Part shown: piece by piece, positions 45,594-47,859 of the stretch
How positions within the stretch are numbered: the stretch's first letter is position 1
Layout: the number at the start of each line of letters is the position of its first letter
From: a bacterium
GTDB taxonomy: Bacteria > Desulfobacterota > DSWW01
Assembly: GCA_040756235.1 (NCBI GenBank)
Contig: JBFLZG010000030.1
Span: 1 to 47,859 of the forward strand
Direction: 5' to 3'
DNA length: 47,859 bases
Program-made: the position numbers and the translations under genes
Notes under the pieces: model-generated
Databases searched by the model: none
Told to the model about the DNA's origin: nothing
Seen by the model: the letters and a program-made list of their open reading frames with translations, nothing else

Positions 45594-46310
45594 TCAGCCC
45601 CCGTGCGCTCGGGCGAGCAACTGGATCGGGTGAGTCACAGGGAGACCGGTGCCCTGGAAGATCTGCAGCTTGCACCCGGGGCAGTCCGTGGCGACCACGT
45701 CCGGCGCGCACGCGCGAATGGCTTCGAACAGGCTCTGGCCGATCGCCATGGACCGAGCGTAGTTGCGGCCTTTCAATCCGAAGGTCCCTCCCATCCCGCA
45801 GCATCCTCTGTCGATCTCCCGCACGCGCCCGGCCGTCAGGCGCCTCATCAAACGCAGGCGGCTTTCCACGAGGCCCCTGCCCATGACCTTCAGATGGCAC
45901 GGCGCGTGATAGGCGACCTCGAGGTTCAGCGGCTCGAGACAGCTCTGCCGGACCGCCTGCCCGTCCAGAAGAGCGACGTACTCCAGGATGTCATAGACGC
46001 GGCGGGAAACCGGCTCCGCCTGCCGGCTCTTCACCCACCGAGGATATTCCCGCTTGAGCGCAAGGGCGCAGCTCGTGCAGGCGGTCACGATGTCCGCGTC
46101 CGCTCCGGCCAGGCTTTGCAGGTTGGATTCCGCGCGCTTCGAGAACGCCCTCAGGTTGCCGCCGAGCAGCTCGGCCAGGCCGCAGCACTCCTGCTTCGGG
46201 AAGAACGGGTCCAGGCCGTACCTTCTCAGCACACGGACCGTGGCCCTGCCCACCTCCGGCTCCACGAAGCTGGCCGTGCAGCCTGCAAAGTACGCCACCT
46301 TCTCCTGCAT
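45594..46310 (-). CDS. CCG-domain (HdrB/GlpC-like) Fe-S protein
   Basis: YFAGC, QECCG, TACTSC, YHAPCH, CCGMGGTFG, TDCPGC. Confidence 0.9.
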   Translation of the reverse strand: MQEKVAYFAGCTASFVEPEVGRATVRVLRRYGLDPFFPKQECCGLAELLGGNLRAFSKRAESNLQSLAGADADIVTACTSCALALKREYPRWVKSRQAEPVSRRVYDILEYVALLDGQAVRQSCLEPLNLEVAYHAPCHLKVMGRGLVESRLRLMRRLTAGRVREIDRGCCGMGGTFGLKGRNYARSMAIGQSLFEAIRACAPDVVATDCPGCKLQIFQGTGLPVTHPIQLLARAHGG

Positions 46311-46323
46311 GTCTCCGCTGCCG

Positions 46324-47799
46324 TTACGGTTCGGGTTTACCGGATCGAAACCACTTCGGGAGGGTCGCTCCCCGGACGCGCGGAAGCTCTCTCCGGCGGC
46401 TCAGGTCGAGCACCTTCTCCGCGAGCCAGCGCGCCGGGGCCGAGGCGATCAGAACATTGGCCGCCCCCGGCGCCCGGCTCGCCCATCTCTCCAGAGAACC
46501 CATCTTCCCGAGGACGGACTCCCCCACGCGCCGCCGGCGCCCGGCCGCCAGCTCCGCCTTGGCGGCAATGATCATGTCCGGCAGCTCGATGCCGAGCGGG
46601 CAGTTGGCCTGGCAGCTCTTGCACTGCAGGCAGAAGTCATCCGGCGGAGATCTTCCCGCAACCAGGGACTCCGCGTACTCTTTCGGACTCCACCGTCCGG
46701 GCAGATCGGTGAACTGGGAACCCGCGCACCCCTTCACACAGGCCCTGCAGCCGATGCACAGCAACAGATCTCGATACTTGCCGCCCAGGAGCGCACTCCT
46801 TCCGTTATCGAGCAGCAGCATATGAATACTGCGGTCCGCCCGCCCCTCGCTCCTCCCGATGGGAAGCTCGTCCAAGGCCGCTCCGGAGCCGCGCTCGGGT
46901 CTGCCATGGAGACCCAGCAGGAGGCTCTCAAACCCGAAAAGGGCCATTCCCCGTGTCTGGAGGAAGGCGGCGTCCAGGTCCGGGACGATCTTGTCGAGGG
47001 CCGCCATGATGACGATCGTGCGGGCCTCTCGGAAGATGCGGGTCACGTTGCGGCCGTGCTGGAGCATGAGCACGGCTCCTTCCCGGGCGGAAACGGCACT
47101 CGCTCCGACCAGGCCGGTGAATCCCCTGAAGCCCTGCTGCCGCTCGCTCTCACGGCGGATCGCGACCAGATCGGCCGTGGTTCCGATCCCCTCGACGGGG
47201 AGGCTCGAGCCCACATCCGGCAACTGCCACGAGCGGTCGAAGCGGCAGGCAAAGGGAGCCAACTCATCATAGTAAGTCTCGACGACCCTGCAGCCCGCCT
47301 CTGCCAGGGCCGGGACCAGCTCTTTCGTGACGACCGAGCTCTTGTTCACCGCGATCGGCCCGCCCCGGCTGATCTCCCGGATCCGGCCCACGGCTTCCGA
47401 GGCGTCCGCGGCAGCGAAAACCCCCTCCCCGCCCGCGGCGGCGATACGCCCGGCCAGCTCATCCGCCAACGAGCACATGCGGTCTACGGCGTCCTGCCGC
47501 ATGTCCCTTAGCCGGCTCTTGACCTCGTCCCGGCAGGGCAGTCCCGCCCGCGCGGGGTCCAGGATCAGCCTTGCGAGCTGCCTCCTCTTCCACGACGGGA
47601 CCGGACCCACGGCTTGGATCGTGAACAAAGGGCGCCTCTCCTGGACCCGGAATCCCGCTGCTTCGGGGGATCCCGGCTCGCGGCCACCCCAGGCGGCCTT
47701 GGCCGGGGATGACGGACTATGGCACAGCCTCAAGGTACACCGGTATTCCTCGAGAACCGGGCGCAGCGAAGTGGCGACCCCGGTAGTATCATCGGACAT
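46324..47799 (-). CDS. LUD-domain protein with 2x[4Fe-4S] motifs (LutB-like)
   Basis: NKSSVVTKEL, GASAVSAREG, LDKIVP, LLLDNGRS, CIGCRACVKGC, CLQCKSCQANCP. Confidence 0.82.
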   Translation of the reverse strand: MSDDTTGVATSLRPVLEEYRCTLRLCHSPSSPAKAAWGGREPGSPEAAGFRVQERRPLFTIQAVGPVPSWKRRQLARLILDPARAGLPCRDEVKSRLRDMRQDAVDRMCSLADELAGRIAAAGGEGVFAAADASEAVGRIREISRGGPIAVNKSSVVTKELVPALAEAGCRVVETYYDELAPFACRFDRSWQLPDVGSSLPVEGIGTTADLVAIRRESERQQGFRGFTGLVGASAVSAREGAVLMLQHGRNVTRIFREARTIVIMAALDKIVPDLDAAFLQTRGMALFGFESLLLGLHGRPERGSGAALDELPIGRSEGRADRSIHMLLLDNGRSALLGGKYRDLLLCIGCRACVKGCAGSQFTDLPGRWSPKEYAESLVAGRSPPDDFCLQCKSCQANCPLGIELPDMIIAAKAELAAGRRRRVGESVLGKMGSLERWASRAPGAANVLIASAPARWLAEKVLDLSRRRELPRVRGATLPKWFRSGKPEP

Positions 47800-47859
47800 T
47801 GCGAGGACCGCAGGTCCGTGGCAACCTCCCGGTTACATGGAGGTCGCCACGCTTGCGCT

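Overview
GC-rich bacterial chromosomal window. Gene content suggests an anaerobic deltaproteobacterium (Desulfobacterota-like; inference). It has two blocks. Block 1 (1-33.7 kb) is a cell-surface locus: a PEP-CTERM protein, two tandem J-domain paralogues, an outer-membrane beta-barrel, a HAF-repeat lipoprotein and a complete Flp/Tad pilus operon, including a 56-aa flp pilin at 9124-9294 that is missing from the ORF track. The Tad operon continues into a prenyltransferase/squalene-cyclase-repeat gene, a Tat-signal DUF362-like gene and a truncated GT-C fragment. These are followed by an oppositely oriented, more AT-rich glycosyltransferase/methyltransferase island, an FGE-sulfatase-domain protein and a second, separately promoted TadE/TadG cassette. 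The barrel gene and the pilin gene have the same promoter layout: a GGAAA-N4-TTTCC palindrome exactly 156 bp upstream of a consensus sigma54 promoter. Block 2 (35.2-47.8 kb) is a TetR-headed, probably lipid/isoprenoid catabolic cluster: a lipoprotein FAD oxidoreductase of the phytoene desaturase family, a glycyl radical enzyme with an atypical NNCMVP cysteine loop and no activase in the window, an AtuD/LCAD-type acyl-CoA dehydrogenase, an acyl-CoA ligase and an iron-sulfur flavoprotein, followed by convergent LUD/Fe-S and CCG genes. Intergenic spaces hold several REP-like palindrome families. No rRNA, tRNA, CRISPR array or transposase was recognised. All product calls come from motif recognition by eye, not from database searches.
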